Shown here: one piece after another, positions 53,137 to 64,000 of the stretch | Numbering within the stretch: the first letter of the stretch is position 1 | How the letters are laid out: every line of letters starts with the position of its first letter | Assembly: GCA_951406725.2 (NCBI GenBank) | Contig: OX597815.1 | Coordinates: 119,846,001-119,910,000 of the forward strand | DNA from: Octopus vulgaris | Lineage: Eukaryota | Length of the DNA: 64,000 nt | Reading direction: 5' to 3' | The notes under the pieces: generated by a model | What the model saw: only the letters and a program-made list of their open reading frames with translations | What the model was told of the DNA's origin: nothing | Databases searched by the model: none | Made by a program: the position numbers and the translations under genes

Positions 53137-53550
53137 CAGGAAGCCAGCCAGCCACCCAATAACCAACCAATCAGGTGACTGTGCTAGCCAGATTGATTAT
53201 ACTTTCACCAGACAGTGGGGTGCATGGTTACTCTTAAATACAAAGACCCTCCCTGGTGAATAATGTGCTCCACCAGCATAGACTAGCCACTAGTGATTGT
53301 AGACTCCAGGCTAGAAGGATGCCAAGAAGAACAACGGTTGGTTTCTTTTCCTCCACTTAGCGATATGCTTAAGTTTGGCGGGTAATCTCGTCCGAGTCAA
53401 GGGCAGCATGTTTAAGTGATCATGATCTGGCAATTCCTGCTGCTGCTGTCTACGCAACCGCTGTCGGTTGGCATGAACGCTTGCAATGAGATCCCACAGA
53501 GTGAACACCGACCCTTCATATAGTCAGAGATTTAGAGACATTCTGATTTG
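53137..53550 (+). mobile_element. RTE apurinic endonuclease remnant interrupted by an rDNA fragment
   Basis: LICNTNFRKPASHPITNQSGDCASQIDY..KTLPGE before the insert; DPSYSQRFRDILI after it. Confidence 0.8.
53336..53509 (-). pseudogene. rDNA fragment: probable ITS2 3' end plus the first ~70 nt of 28S rRNA
   Basis: Minus strand gacgagattACCCGCcaAACTTAAGCATATCgcTAAGtGGAGGAAAAGAAACCAAC is the conserved LSU 5' segment (LR0R/ITS4 primer region). Confidence 0.9.
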
Positions 53551-54019
53551 TCCAAATTTTAAATTATATTTCTGGTGAGTTAACTCGGGATTCCTTAATG
53601 ACAATGTAACCTTCATTTAGCAAAGGTATATTCGGCCAGCTAGTGGAGTACCCCTTACTGAGTAATTATTACTTCCAAGGATCTGCTAGCTTGGAAACAT
53701 ATGTAGCTTGGATTTTAGTTGCTCAGTATGAATTTTTATTCACATTCATAGCAACCTAGTTGCTAACTGTGAACTATATCAAACTTCAATATGGGGAAAG
53801 CCTACAACCTTCTATGCCAATAAACTATTATTATTCCTGAAAATTGCTTCTTGTACCTACCATGGACTGCTCAAAGCTTACCAGCTTCCTACACCTAGAT
53901 GCTTGGATCTTACAATTACATATCATTATATATATATATATGGTATCCAACTGAAGTACCAGTGAATTGGATGTTTAACATATCCCTTTGAAGGCTTGCT
54001 TTTCCTCAGTTTGTTACTT

Positions 54020-54103
<84 letters not shown>

Positions 54104-54547
54104 CAGACAGGTAGATATACACACATATATACATATATATCGGTGTGGTGGATTCTGGTGGTTTGTTTTCCAGTGGTTTGTTCAATATATTTTCAATCTA
54201 TTAATCAATTGATTGATTAAATTGAAGTAAGAACATACCCAAAATTAATATTTGAAACAATTGTAGGTCTATAAAGTACAAATGAATGTATAACACACAT
54301 TATCTATATGTATATATGTATATATATATATATATATACATACATACATACATACATACATACATACATACATACATACATACATACACACATACTTTTT
54401 TTTATTAAAGCTGCAAGAACACCACAGAAAAACTGCTACTCAGAGTTTCATGTTCCCATTCATTGGCAAGTACTCTACCACCAGTATTTGAGTACTTTTT
54501 CCCAACTTGTTTTGCATTTAAGTGTGTGTGTGTGTGTGTGTGTGTAT

Positions 54548-55845
54548 AAATGAGTTAGAGTAAAAAATTATATGCATTCTTGTTTTTCAATGTATCTGCA
54601 CAAAAGTAGGGGATAAACGAGTATGTCATTTTTCTATATAGTCTCCTTCCTTTCTGATGCACTTGGTCCAGCGATCCACAAACTTGCATATTCCCTTGAA
54701 GAAGAAGGTATTCAGTTGGTCATGCAACCATTTATGCACCGCTTCCTTTACATCTTCATCTGTAGGAAATAGACGACCTAGTAAGCTATCTTTGAGGAGT
54801 CCAAAGATATGATAGTTTGAAGGGACAAGATCTTGGCTGTAAGCAGAGTGTTCCAGCACCTCAAAATCCAACTGGTTAATGATTTGATCAGTCTGGGTGG
54901 CCGTGTGTAGGCATGCATTATTATGCAACAACAAAACTTTCTTCAACAATAGGCTTTGGTGTTTGGTTCAAATTGCTGGCTTCAGTTTGTTGGCCAGCAA
55001 AGGGCTGTATCTTGCACTGTTGACTGTACACCACCTTTCCAAGTAGCCTTCTAGTATAGGCCTTTTTGAGTCCCCAAAAAGGGTTAACATCACTTTACCC
55101 ATGGAAGACTGAGACTTGAATTTCTTTGTTGCTGGCAAGCCAGGATGTCTCAACTCCATACTCTGTCTTTTGGATTCTGCTTCATAGCAATGAACCCACA
55201 TTTCATCTCCTGTGACTATTCTGTTCAGAAATTCCTTGCCCTCATTAGTAGACCTTAAGATGTTGGCAGACCACAAGATGTTTCTGTTTGTACTCTGCAG
55301 TAAGCTATCTTGGTACCCATCTTGCACAGACTTTATGGAAGCTGAGCTCATCACGGATGATTTGATATGGAGAACCATGACAAATCTGCAGAGAATGAGC
55401 TACCACATTGATGATAACTCACTGGTTCACCATTATGTCTCTCAAGCTTGCTGAATTTCTCATCAGTGGTGGAGGGTGGTGGGCGTCCTGCTCCCTCTTT
55501 GTATGTCATGTTTGCACAGCCACTTTTAAACTTCTCAATCCACTCATACACACTTCTATGCAGTAGTGCACTATCCCTGTATAATGCTAAAAGCTTCTGA
55601 TGAATTTCAGCACCTGACACATCTTCCGACCAGAGAAGTTAGATCACTGCTCTTTGTTCTTCTTTAGTGCACATTACTAGTGGAGCAGCCATGTAAAGCC
55701 AGAAAAAAAAAATGGTGTGATCAAGCTCAAACTGTGAACACATGACCACAATAGTACCAGCTATAAGCACACATGTGAAGGTAGTGTGACAATAATAAAG
55801 ATATGTTATGGCAAAAGTGCAGTTAATTTTTGACTTCCCCTCATG
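54548..55845 (-). mobile_element. Full-length decayed mariner
   Basis: EEQRAVI, GAEIHQKL..VYEWIEKFKSG, IVTGDEMWVH, LLLHNNA, HSAYSQDLVPSNYHIFG, RWTKCIRKEGDYIEK; TIR atgaggggaagtcaaaaatta and a degenerate partner. Confidence 0.9.
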
Positions 55846-56319
55846 TGTGTGTATATATATATATATATATACATAAACACACACACACACACACATACAC
55901 ACACACACACTCACACACAGATATTTATTTTATAAATGGTTATGTCCTTTTATATAATTGAAACAATATCTTAAACACATCTAGAATTGACACCGCTTTT
56001 ATTAAATGCAGCCAAAAAGCAAGGTTTATCATATTAAATATATGGTTATTGTTACATCTCAAATAGGAGTTTATCTCAGTAGGAGTGAAGAGGTTAAGTA
56101 AGTAAATTGTACCCCTCATTCAATTACTGTCATATATGGGTTCTCTGAATTTGAGTTGATATTAGGGTTTGCAGGGCAGCAAATTATTATTATTATTATT
56201 ATTATTTTATTTTATTGTTGTTGTTGTTATTTATATAACTCATATTCAAAGAACTGCTGCTTGTTGGAGATATGGAATTTATAATTTAATCACTCACAAC
56301 TAGAAAATGACCTGGAATT

Positions 56320-56386
56320 AGACCAATAGGAACATTGAATTTACATCCAATAGAATAAAGTGTGCTGTATTTGCTCGCCAATCATG
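56320..56386 (+). promoter_or_regulatory. Cluster of three co-oriented CCAAT boxes
   Basis: gaCCAATag 56323, atCCAATag 56347, cgCCAATca 56378. Confidence 0.35.
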
Positions 56387-58249
56387 CAGTGAGAAAAGCT
56401 GCTGAACTGAAGGGAGGACAAAATGAATTCCCTCATTGAGGTTTTCAATGAATTAAATCATAATATTCTCTGAATAACTGAAGAGAGGTGACACATTTTT
56501 TCCTTTCATTTCTAGTTAATAGATCATCATCATCTTCATCATTGTTTAATGTCCACCTTCCATGTTGGCATTGGTTGGACGGTCACTAATAATAATTGTT
56601 TCCGACAAAAGGACGATGTCTGAGATTAGAGTCAAAAAGACATTGTCTTCTCCATAATTATCCAAAAATACTTACTGGTTTCAAATTTTGGCACTAGGCC
56701 AGCAATTTCGTGAGAGGAGTAAGCCAATTACATTGATTTTAGTGCTTAACTGGTACTCTATTTTATTGACCCCGAAAGGATGAAAGGCAAAATCAGCCTC
56801 AGTAGAATTTGAGATTGGAATAAAAAACAGACAAAATGCCACAAAGCATTTTGCCTGGTGTGGTACTGATTCTGCTAGCTAGCTGCTTTTTTTCAAAAAT
56901 ACAGATTAGTGAGGTAAAGCTGTTATAATTGGGTTATTGAGACCAGATTTTCTAAAAACAGTAAATCATAATAGATTAAGAATTTTTCTTTTGACAAAGT
57001 ACAAGGTTCTGTTGTTAAAGAAAAGATTTTCTTGATTGGGTTGTTTCTTGTATATTACAGGTATTTGAAATAATATCAGGGAGTTTATGAATTGAACTAA
57101 GAACAGTTTTATACAGAATTAATAATTTAAAATTTCTAAGCCAGGTCATTTAATGTCTGTTTTCCATGCTGGCATGGCTTGAATGGTTTGACTGGAGCTG
57201 GTAAGGCTAGGGGCCACATGAGGCTCCAGTGTCTGTTCTGGCATGGTTTGTATGGTTGGATGCACTTCCTAATGCCAACCGCTTCATAGAGTGTACAAAG
57301 TGCATTTTATGTGGCACCAGCACCATTGCTTTTAATATGGCACCAGTACAAGTGCTTTGTATATGGCACCAGTACCGGTATCAATTCTGCAGTTGTAGAC
57401 AGGCCTTCTTGAGTACTACAATGCACCAGACAAAATTTTCCTCAAATCCATCTCTTAGAAAAAAAAAACGTTATCATTTTAACTTATTACTATATATGTG
57501 TAAAAGTACACAACATTTCTTACAATCAATTTTGAAAATAATGAAGAATTTATAAGGTTTGTCCGTTTCTATGAATATTCTAGTTTAGAAAACTTCAAAG
57601 CAGAAAGTTTGCATCATAGAACCAGAAGTGGTCTCAAATGGGTTATTATCAAAAAGGTTTAGAAGGTTTATAGAAAAAGAAAATCTAAAAGGACATTGCC
57701 TTAAGTTCCATAAAAGTTAGAATCACTTACAAATATATCTCTAGTTCCAGAAAATGAATAAATGTCAACTTACACAAGTTACAAATAAAACAAAATACAA
57801 CAAAAATGGTGTTTGAAGAAAAAGAAAATCACAAAGCTATTATTTTTAAAATAATGGCTGCAGTTATAAAATAATGAAACTGGTGTAGGTGATTGTAATT
57901 TTATTTTGCTATCCACAAACATCACTAACTATAAAGAAGGATGACTAGTTTCTGGTATCTTTAAGCATTCAAAAACCTGTAAAGATACAAACATTCAAGG
58001 TTCTTCAATCAATCAATCAATTCAAAAAGGTTAAAGAAAGAAAGAAAGAAAAAAAAACAATTCAAAACAAATAGAAACTTCAAGCGGAAACCTGTAATTT
58101 TACAACAAATTACATTAAAGAGGTTTCTGATCAAAATAACTAAACATGCAATGTTAATGTGTTTTAAACAACACAGCATGATCGTTCTGAATGTAAAGGT
58201 TTGAACAAGAGATAAGCTGTAGTTAATCAATTATATTAAGGAAAGGCTA

Positions 58250-58282
<33 letters not shown>

Positions 58283-58626
58283 TGTATGTATGTATGTATG
58301 TATGTATGTATGTATGGATGGATGGATGGATGGATGGATGGATGGATGGATGGAAGTGTGTGTGTATATATATATATATGTATATATATGTATGTGTTTA
58401 TATATATATTGATAGATAGATAGACTTTACATATATAAATACATTGTTTTATAAATGTACACACACACACGCACACACACACACACACACACATACACAC
58501 ATATGTATATATATATATATATAGGTATGTATATATACAAATGAAAAACATATCTTCATCTGTCTGTCTGTCTCTGTATGTCTCTGCCTCTGTCTCTCTC
58601 TCTGTCTCTCTCTGTCTCTCTCTCTG

Positions 58627-58693
<67 letters not shown>

Positions 58694-59039
58694 ATGTGTG
58701 TATCTATATATATGACACATAAAAGGCACCCGTGCTGGTGACATGTAAAAGGCACCCACTACATTCTTGGAGTGGTTGGTGGTGGGAAGAGCATCCAGCT
58801 GTAAAAACCAAGCCAAATCAGACTGGAACCTGGTGCAGCTCTCTAGCTTATCAATTCCAGTCAAACCATCTAACTCATGCCAGCACAGAAAAGGGATACT
58901 AAATGATGATGATAAGATATATAAATATAGATATCTATTTTATATTTGTGTATATATGTATATCTATATGTGTGTGTGTGTATGCATGTATGTATCTATA
59001 TATATGTGTGTGTATGTATGTATGTATGTATGTATGTAT

Positions 59040-59070
<31 letters not shown>

Positions 59071-59394
59071 CAGGGATTAAACAAAATAATGTAAACACCT
59101 AGCATCATAGCATCAGAAGTGAGGGCCTGTGGCATTTGGTAAATCTATCAAATATAGCGCCGAAGAAGGAAATCAAACTACTTTTCCAAGTTTGTGATCC
59201 AGAAAGATGTTCGTTATTAAAGGTAAGTGACTGTTTGCGTCTATTTGCTACTCTGGTTTTGTGTATGTGAGCCGCACGGGACTTCAATTTTGGAATCTCC
59301 ACTTACAGAAAATGGAAAAAACAGTCTTTGACTGCCATTTCTAATTCCTTCGGTATGAGGCAAAGCAGCCTGCTGCTAGCCCTTTTATTTGCTT

Positions 59395-59447
<53 letters not shown>

Positions 59448-59450
<3 letters not shown>

Positions 59451-60730
59451 GGATTAAACAAAATAATGTAAACACCTAGCATCATAGCATCATAATTTTG
59501 AAATATCTATAAAACCGTCAAAAGCTTGTTTATTTTTATGTTTTTTGATTTATTATTAGTGTTAGGATTTATTATTATTTATTATTAGTGTTAGGATCAG
59601 AAATGGAAATCGATCAATGGAAATTGCAGATGTGTTACCAGTGCCGGTGGCATGTCGAAACTCTACTTGTGAAGACCCATTGAGGCAAGTGAGGATCAGA
59701 ATGGAAATCGATCAATGGAAATTGCAGATGTGTTACCAGTGCCGGTGGCATGTAAGAGAACCTTCCGTTTCGCGACCGTTGTCAGCACCGCCCCGTTTCA
59801 TGTCCGTTGCCAGCCTCGCCTGGCCCTTGTGCCGGTGGCACATAAAAAGCACCATCCGTTCATGGCCGTTTGCCAGCTCTGTCTAACCCATGCTAGCATG
59901 GAAAACGGACGCTAAACGATGATGATGATGATGATGATGTTACTTAATATGTTTTTCTAAAATTGTTGTTTCTTTTCAGATATCATCAGAAAAAGGTAAT
60001 TAAAATTCATTAAAATGACAGATCTATCAGACTTTCAAAATGGTCAAATTGTTGGTGCTTGTATGGCAGGCACTAGCGTAATGAAAATAGCTGAAATGTT
60101 CGGTTTTTCTAGAAGTACTGTCTCAAAAGTAATGACAGCCTTTAAGAAAAAGGGAAAAACCTCCTTGTCGAAACAAAACTCTGAAAGAAAACCAAAACTT
60201 TCAGATAGGGACTGTCAGACTCTTACGCGAATTGTTAGAAAGGATCACTAAGGTATAGCTCCTAAAATTACTGCAGAGCCTAATGACCACCTAATGAACT
60301 CAGTTTCCACAAAGACTGTTCGCTGGGAGCTGCACAAAGCTGGATTTAATGAGAGGGCTGCAATCAGAAAACCACTACTTTCAAAAACAAACGTTGCAAA
60401 GCATTTAGAGTGGAGTAAAAACCTACAGAATTGGTCCCTAGAGAAGTGGAGGTATGTATTTTCTTGGACGAGTCATCCTTTACCTTATTTCTGACCACTG
60501 GCCAAGTATACGTGTGGAGACATCCAAAAGAAGCATTTGACCCAGACTGCCTTCTTCCAATTGCTAAACATGGAGGGAGGATCTGTGATGATCTGTGGGA
60601 GCTATATCTTGGAAATCCGCTAGCCCAATGGTTTCCCTTCATGGCAGAATTAATAGTCAAAACTATTTAAGGATTTTATCTGATCAATTTCATCCTATGA
60701 TTGAGGAACTGTTTCCAGAGGGAAACGCAA
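59448..60730 (+). mobile_element. Tc1-like element (left end and transposase N-terminal two-thirds) with an RTE 3' end inserted at 59590-59940
   Basis: TA|CAGGG terminus; MTDLSDFQNGQIVG..FSRSTVSKV, VSTKTVRWELHKAGF..AIRKPLLS, FLDESSF, KHGG. Confidence 0.9.
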
Positions 60731-61545
60731 AGGTCTCTCTCTCACGTTGAGTGAAAGGAAGATTGTATGATGTTTATGTATGAACTGCAATGCTATATGG
60801 TTATGAGACATGGGCCCTAAGTGCAGAGAACATGTACAGACTAGAGAGGAATGAAGCTAGTATGTTCCATTTGTTGTGCAGTATCAATGTACATTTATGA
60901 CTAAGTGCTTGTGTACTGAGAAGAAAGTTAAGCATAAGAGGAATTAGACGTAGTGTGCAAAAGAGAAGACTTGTGGAAGAGGGAAACCCAGGAAGACACA
61001 GGAGAAAGTATTGAGGAGTGATCTCAAGATGTTGAACCTTAAGGAAACAATGACAAAGGGGAAAAAATCTGGCACTTTGCTGTGCTTGAAAAAACTTGCC
61101 CACCACATGGGAATTGATATCCTAAAACTACCTTGGTAAATGCTTATACATGTGAAGCTCTGCCCTGTCAAGATTCCTCTGTGTCTCATTTCCTACGCTC
61201 ATCTCTTTTTTATCTCTGACATTGTCCAACTATCATCATCACATGAGAGCATAACAGGCACATACTACACCCCACTCTTCTTTACTTTCCCCTTTCTTCT
61301 CCTTCCAGGACTGCTTCCATTTCTCATTATCTTTCTCCAGCCATGCTCTCTCCCCTTTGTTGAACTTAATCCTTACACTTCTTTCATACCCTATCTCTTC
61401 CAATGCCCTCACATATCTAACATGAACCCCATCTTTCCTTGAGCCATTTCTATATCTCTCACCTGTACTGGTGACACATAAAAGCACCCATGCCAGTGAC
61501 ATGTAAAAAGCACCTGTTACACTCTTGGAGTGGTTTGCATTATGG
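60730..61545 (+). mobile_element. Older RTE LINE 3' portion
   Basis: VKGRLYD..TAMLYGYETWALSAENMYRLERNEASM followed by a pyrimidine-rich UTR. Confidence 0.8.
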
Positions 61546-61735
61546 AGTGAATACAGTATTGTCAAGTTAATGTTAAAATATTTAATGCAGGGAGAATTAA
61601 AAGACTTCCTGGGCAAAGGTGAATGTCAAATTCTATATGATACTGAAACACTGTAAGATATATATATATATATATATGCCTTTGCCTTTATCAGATAATT
61701 TAGTTTGGAGTGAATACAGTATTGTCAAGTTAATG

Positions 61736-61889
61736 TTATTTAACTAATAAAAACTGAAATATTGAAATGAATGAAAATATTTGCTGTTCTTTTCTAGCCT
61801 CAGGTCATCCCTCTTATTTAACTAATAAACTGAAATATTGAAATGAATGAAAATATTTGCTGTTCTTTTCTAGCCTCAGGTCATCCCTC
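61736..61889. repeat. Tandem duplication of about 77 bp; also a 32-bp direct repeat at 61544 and 61707
   Basis: ttatttaactaataaa..caggtcatccctc occurs twice. Confidence 0.9.
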
Positions 61890-62164
61890 ATCAAGTGGAC
61901 TTATAGTCAAAGACATTCCAGTCATGACTATCCTGTCTTTATCCTATATGCAGGAAACAAAGAATATGTGTGTTAAATTTTGGACTTACCCTTAAACCCA
62001 AAATTAATTTTGAATCTTTGTCTAATGATGAAAACATTATTTTAATTAGGTATCCATAATAGCTCATTATTCCTGCTTGTAATTTTCCTCTAAGTACTCA
62101 TTATCTTCGTTTTTGGATTTGGTTTGCAAGGTTTGTTTATGTGAGTTCGTGTGTTGAAGCATAT

Positions 62165-62446
62165 TTTGTTGTGTCTGGGGAGACACAACAGATTATGGGC
62201 AGAATCATCCTCTATTAGTGCCTTATTCAACACACTCACTGGTAAAGTTTCCACTCATTTACTTATTTATTTTTCCTAAAATTTTCATTGTGTCATGCAG
62301 CCTTTTCAATAGTTGTTGACTCTGTCCATTATCCGAGCTGCAACAAAGATTTTTGATATAAGAAATAAGTAAATGAGTGGAAACTTTACTAGTGAGTGGT
62401 TAAATAATAAGGCACTAAAAGAGAATGACTCTCCTCAGACACAACA
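62165..62446. repeat. Imperfect inverted repeat (fold-back), about 110-bp arms
   Basis: ttagtgccttatt..actcactggtaaagtttccactcatttacttattt versus aaataagtaaatgagtggaaactttactagtgagt..aataaggcactaa. Confidence 0.75.
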
Positions 62447-62499
62447 CATTATCTTGTTTTTCTACAAGACTTGTCATTGGCGTTAACTTGTATCCAAGT

Positions 62500-62800
62500 C
62501 GTAGATCTGTAGCTAGTGATTGAACGTTTTCATCTTGTTGGGTGGGAAAGGTGCTTGTGCCTGAGGTGAATGCTCAGACCAAGAGCAATATAGAAGAGCT
62601 GGGGACATTTCAAATTTCTCTTTGTGTCTTCGACATTTGATCTCTGCCTCTCGACATCTGTTATTTTCCATCCAGTTTGTTACTTTGTTGATGACATGCC
62701 ACCACTTTGGGCAGTCTTTGGCAATTGTCTCCCAAGTATTTGGGGAAATGGAGCAGTGGAAGAGTATAGCTCTGAGCTGGGCTTGGAAACAGAATTTGGG
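62500..62800 (-). mobile_element. RTE-BovB-like ORF2 C-terminal remnant
   Basis: CSISPNTWETIAKDCPKWWHVINKVTNWMENNRCREAEIKCRRHK. Confidence 0.6.
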
Positions 62801-62938
62801 GACTCTACTAGACTAACTGGTGGTATAAAGGAAAACAAAGACATCATAACTATATTGGATGTGCAATGAGAACTTATTATTTCCTCAGTTCAAAATTCTC
62901 TGTTACAATAACGGTCAATAATATATATGGTACTTATC

Positions 62939-63155
62939 AGGTGGCAAACTGGCAGAATCATTAGCACACCAGACAAAATGCTAAGTGGCATTTCTCCCAT
63001 CTTTATGTTCTGAGTTCAAATTCAGGCTGAAGTCGACTTTTGCCTTTCATCCTTTCAAGATCCATAAAATGAGTACCAGTTGAGCACTGGGGTCGATGTA
63101 ATTGATTTACTCCCTTCCTCTAAATTGCTGGCCTTGTGGCAAAATTTGAAATCAA
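62939..63155 (+). mobile_element. SINE family A
   Basis: Same head and central domain as 2641-2870. Confidence 0.85.
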
Positions 63156-64000
63156 TATATAAGGTACTCAATGAACTAATATTTATGTTCATTGGTTTAT
63201 TTGAAGTTGATATTTCAATCCATCATTAAATTATAATTAATTGGAATATTTGCTTGTTTCACTACTTTTTTGTAATTTCATTTTGATACATTTTCTTTTT
63301 GTGCTAATTATTTTTGATTTTTAAAAAAAAATACTTTTAGTTTTTAACTTTTGTGTTTCTCTCATAAACAAATATGGCTTTCTCTCACCAACTACATAGT
63401 TATCGTAGTTTCATGAATGCTTCCATATCAAATAAAAATGATATTTTAATAAATTTCATTGTCATCCTTCATTAATATTATAATTCATAATAGCTTTATG
63501 AATTATTTGATTGAGTGTTTTCACTTTGTTGGTTAACGTGTATTTCTGATGCTAAGCTAAACATCAACCCAAATTCTTGTCACTGAAATCCTACAAAAAA
63601 AAAAAAAAAAAAAAAAATGCATGACATTTGTCAAATCAGAAAACTTTATTCTTTGTAGCATAACTGTTTTACAGAGAATAACTATGTCAATTCAACAAAA
63701 ATGATTAAATCACTGACATAAAATAGTAACATTTGACAAAGCTATGTAAGGTTTCAATGTTAGGCTGCCCCAAATTGTTATTTAGATTCAGATTAGGTTC
63801 ACTTAACTCATGGGTGGAGAAACCCTTACCCACAGGTGCAATTGTGCCTGTTAGCACATTCTATTGCACCCATAGGCCAATATACTCATATGTACAAAAT
63901 ATAATAAATTTTTCAATTTTAAAATTTATACAATATTTGTATTCCTATTTGTGACACAGGTCACATTTCCACTACGACTTAAAACAATTAGACTTGAACA

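Noticed and set aside
53336-53406. Functional 28S rRNA gene
   Set aside because: Only about 70 nt of 28S, with substitutions at conserved sites, inside a TE

Overview
AT-rich eukaryotic genomic DNA with very dense microsatellites ((TA)n, (CA)n, (TATG)n, (GAT)n) and transposon debris. The repeat families (RTE LINEs with (GAT)n tails, two abundant tRNA-headed SINEs, Penelope-like elements, mariners, Helitrons) look like a coleoid cephalopod, most likely Octopus; this is inference from recognition, not a search. I cannot recognise any host protein-coding gene. Almost all ORFs in the track are microsatellite or TE translations. The best-supported unusual items are: (1) at least two Penelope-like elements, each with a GIY-YIG remnant flanked by inverted terminal repeats that carry type I hammerhead-ribozyme motifs with long stem II, plus two further hammerhead-like motifs; (2) an ITS2/28S rDNA junction fragment embedded antisense in an RTE endonuclease remnant; (3) a TSD-flanked, ORF1-only (HAL1-like) retroelement nested in a SINE, with a mariner inserted into its TSD; (4) a tRNA-like element with interlocked inverted repeats; (5) a chain of candidate minus-strand exons and several hairpins or long-range duplexes. 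All coordinates were read by eye and may be off by a few bases.
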